Position numbers and translations under genes: made by a program | Virus record (IMG/VR): IMGVR_UViG_3300025277_000060 | Location: 1-36,649 of that record | Length of the DNA: 36,649 nt | Reading direction: 5' to 3' (one strand) | From: a virus | Lineage: Duplodnaviria; Caudoviricetes | In this document: positions 34,764 through 36,649 of the stretch, piece after piece | Position numbering within the stretch: the first letter of the stretch is position 1 | Layout of the letters: each line of letters begins with the position of its first letter | The notes under the pieces: model-generated | Databases searched by the model: none | What the model saw: the letters and a program-made list of their open reading frames with translations, nothing else | Told to the model about the DNA's origin: nothing

Positions 34764-36649
34764 ATGTCTGATCCTGTTGACATACAAGAAGAGCTCTCTG
34801 AGGGATCTGGTCTTTTAGGTCTTATACAAGCTCGTATGCAAACTGCAGAAAATGGTAGACAAGCACATGAAAAACGATGGTTAAAAGCGTATAAAAATTT
34901 TCGTGGTATTTATGATTCTACTACCCAATATACAACTACTGAAAAGTCTAAAGTATTTTTAAAAATAACTAAGACTAAAGTACTTGCTGCGTATGGTCAA
35001 ATTGTAGATATTTTATTTGCTAATAAAAAATTTCCACTAACTATAGAACCTACACCGGTACCTGAAGGAATTGCAGAATTTGCTCATCTTAAAACACCTG
35101 CTGATCAATTATCTGATCCCTATGGTTTTGAAGGTGATGGAAGGCAATTACCACCCGGAGCTATGGAAGCAACACCACCAAACTTAGATTTTTTAGGATC
35201 TATGGCTAATAAGTTTGGTCCTGATGCACCACTTGCTGAAGGTCCAGCTAAAATAGGTGAACCTCAAATATCTCCAGCAAAAAATGCTGCATTACGTATG
35301 GAAAAAGTTATCCATGATCAACTTACAGATAGCAATGCTGTAAATGTACTACGACATGCTATTTTTGAATCAACTCTTCTTGGAACAGGAATTGTAAAAG
35401 GTCCATTTAGTTCTGGTAAAACTATTCACAAATGGGAAAATGCCGAAGAAGAAAGGGTTTATACACCAGAACAAAAATTAGTTCCTCGTATTGAGGCAGT
35501 TAGTGCTTGGAATATATATCCTGATCCTACTGCTACTAATATACAAGATTGTGAATATGTAATTCAACGTCATAAAATGAATAGATCACAAATACGTAAT
35601 CTTATGGAAATGCCTATGTTTAATCCTGATGCAATACGGGAAGTTATTGTTGGGGGAGGAAACTATACGGAAAAGTACTTTGAAAACACTATTCATGATG
35701 ATGAAACTGAACCATATGATAACCATGAACGATATGAAGTATTAGAATATTGGGGTGTATTAGATACAACTACTGCTAAACAAATGGGTCTTAAAGATAC
35801 AGCTGAATTAGATGATTTAGTTGATGTACAAGTTAATATATGGATTTCTGGAGGTCAGATATTGCGAGCTTGTGCAAATCCGTTTACACCAGAAAGAATA
35901 CCCTACTGTATGTTTCCTTATGAAATAAATCCCTACCAAATATGGGGTGTAGGTGTACCAGAAAACATGGAAGATGCACAATTACTTATGAATGGTCATG
36001 TAAGAATGGCTATAGATAATTTAGCACTTGCTGGTAATCTTGTATTTGATGTAGATGAAACCTCATTGGTACCCGGTCAAAATTATGAAATATTTCCGGG
36101 TAAAGTATTTAGAAGGCAATCAGGAGTTACGGGTACTGCAGTAAATGGTATTAAATTTCCTAGTACTGCCGGTGAAAATATACAAATGTATGATAAAGCA
36201 AGGCAACTTGCTGATGAAGAAACAGGTATACCAAGTATTATGCATGGACAAACTGGTGTAACTGGTACAGGAAGAACAGCTGCAGGATTATCTATGTTAC
36301 TTGGATCATCCGGTTTAGCTATAAAAACTGTTATAAAAAATATAGATGATTATCTACTTAAACCAATGGGAGAAGCTTTCTTTCAATGGAATATGCAATT
36401 TAATGAAGATAATCCTGATATAATAGGAGATCTTGATATTAAACCAAAAGGTGCAGCTTCTGTAATGCAAAAAGAAGTACGTTCACAAAGATTAACTATG
36501 TTATTACAAACAGTGGCAAATCCAATGCTTGCACCATTTATTAAGATACCAAACTTATTAAAAGAACTAGCTATATCACAGGATATTGATCCTGATAGTT
36601 TAGTAAATGACGTAAATGAAGCACAGATTTACGCTGAAATTCTCAAAGG
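34764..36649 (+). CDS. Portal protein (3'-truncated)
   Basis: ATG 34764 after AAGGA; E.RW..AY.NFRG.Y, LGTGIVK, WGVGV.E.M.D.Q, R.AIDN and DEETG.P...GQ...RTA.G.SML motifs; not in the ORF track. Confidence 0.9.
   Translation, partial: MSDPVDIQEELSEGSGLLGLIQARMQTAENGRQAHEKRWLKAYKNFRGIYDSTTQYTTTEKSKVFLKITKTKVLAAYGQIVDILFANKKFPLTIEPTPVPEGIAEFAHLKTPADQLSDPYGFEGDGRQLPPGAMEATPPNLDFLGSMANKFGPDAPLAEGPAKIGEPQISPAKNAALRMEKVIHDQLTDSNAVNVLRHAIFESTLLGTGIVKGPFSSGKTIHKWENAEEERVYTPEQKLVPRIEAVSAWNIYPDPTATNIQDCEYVIQRHKMNRSQIRNLMEMPMFNPDAIREVIVGGGNYTEKYFENTIHDDETEPYDNHERYEVLEYWGVLDTTTAKQMGLKDTAELDDLVDVQVNIWISGGQILRACANPFTPERIPYCMFPYEINPYQIWGVGVPENMEDAQLLMNGHVRMAIDNLALAGNLVFDVDETSLVPGQNYEIFPGKVFRRQSGVTGTAVNGIKFPSTAGENIQMYDKARQLADEETGIPSIMHGQTGVTGTGRTAAGLSMLLGSSGLAIKTVIKNIDDYLLKPMGEAFFQWNMQFNEDNPDIIGDLDIKPKGAASVMQKEVRSQRLTMLLQTVANPMLAPFIKIPNLLKELAISQDIDPDSLVNDVNEAQIYAEILK

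Noticed and set aside
1-36649. tRNA genes, phage RNA polymerase, attP site
   Set aside because: No cloverleaf or T-loop motif seen in intergenic gaps, no RNA polymerase motifs, and no att core can be supported without a host sequence

Overview
AT-rich dsDNA phage genome segment, most consistent with a marine podovirus of the HMO-2011-like group (family A DNA polymerase with a DnaJ-type CxxCxGxG insertion, no RNA polymerase in the window); an alphaproteobacterial host is inferred. Layout: (i) 1-6074 (+) end of the virion module, including a 1540-aa probable ejection protein; (ii) 6071-17037 (-) replication module with primase, 2OG-Fe(II) oxygenase, helicase, IscA, PolA, Cas4-like exonuclease, endonuclease I, DUF3310 and class II RNR; (iii) 17156-23944 (+) many small early genes, including WYL_2, wHTH, a Cys-rich protein and DUF932; (iv) a ~750-bp non-coding, repeat-rich region with mirror-image divergent sigma70 promoters; (v) 24701-end (+) late/packaging module with TerS, envelope proteins, a holin-like gene, TerL and portal. 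Signals missed by the ORF track or by standard annotation: a phage-encoded PqqA peptide behind a structured RNA leader, an 809-aa tyrosine-recombinase-fold protein between TerL and portal, a family of unrelated small proteins sharing a C-terminal YAKGGGVRKAxRY tag, a 34-aa metallothionein-like peptide, a frameshifted beta-barrel-like gene, a second candidate ncRNA, and region-specific enrichment of CTGTACAG and TGTCA. All calls come from motif recognition by eye; no searches or folding programs were run.
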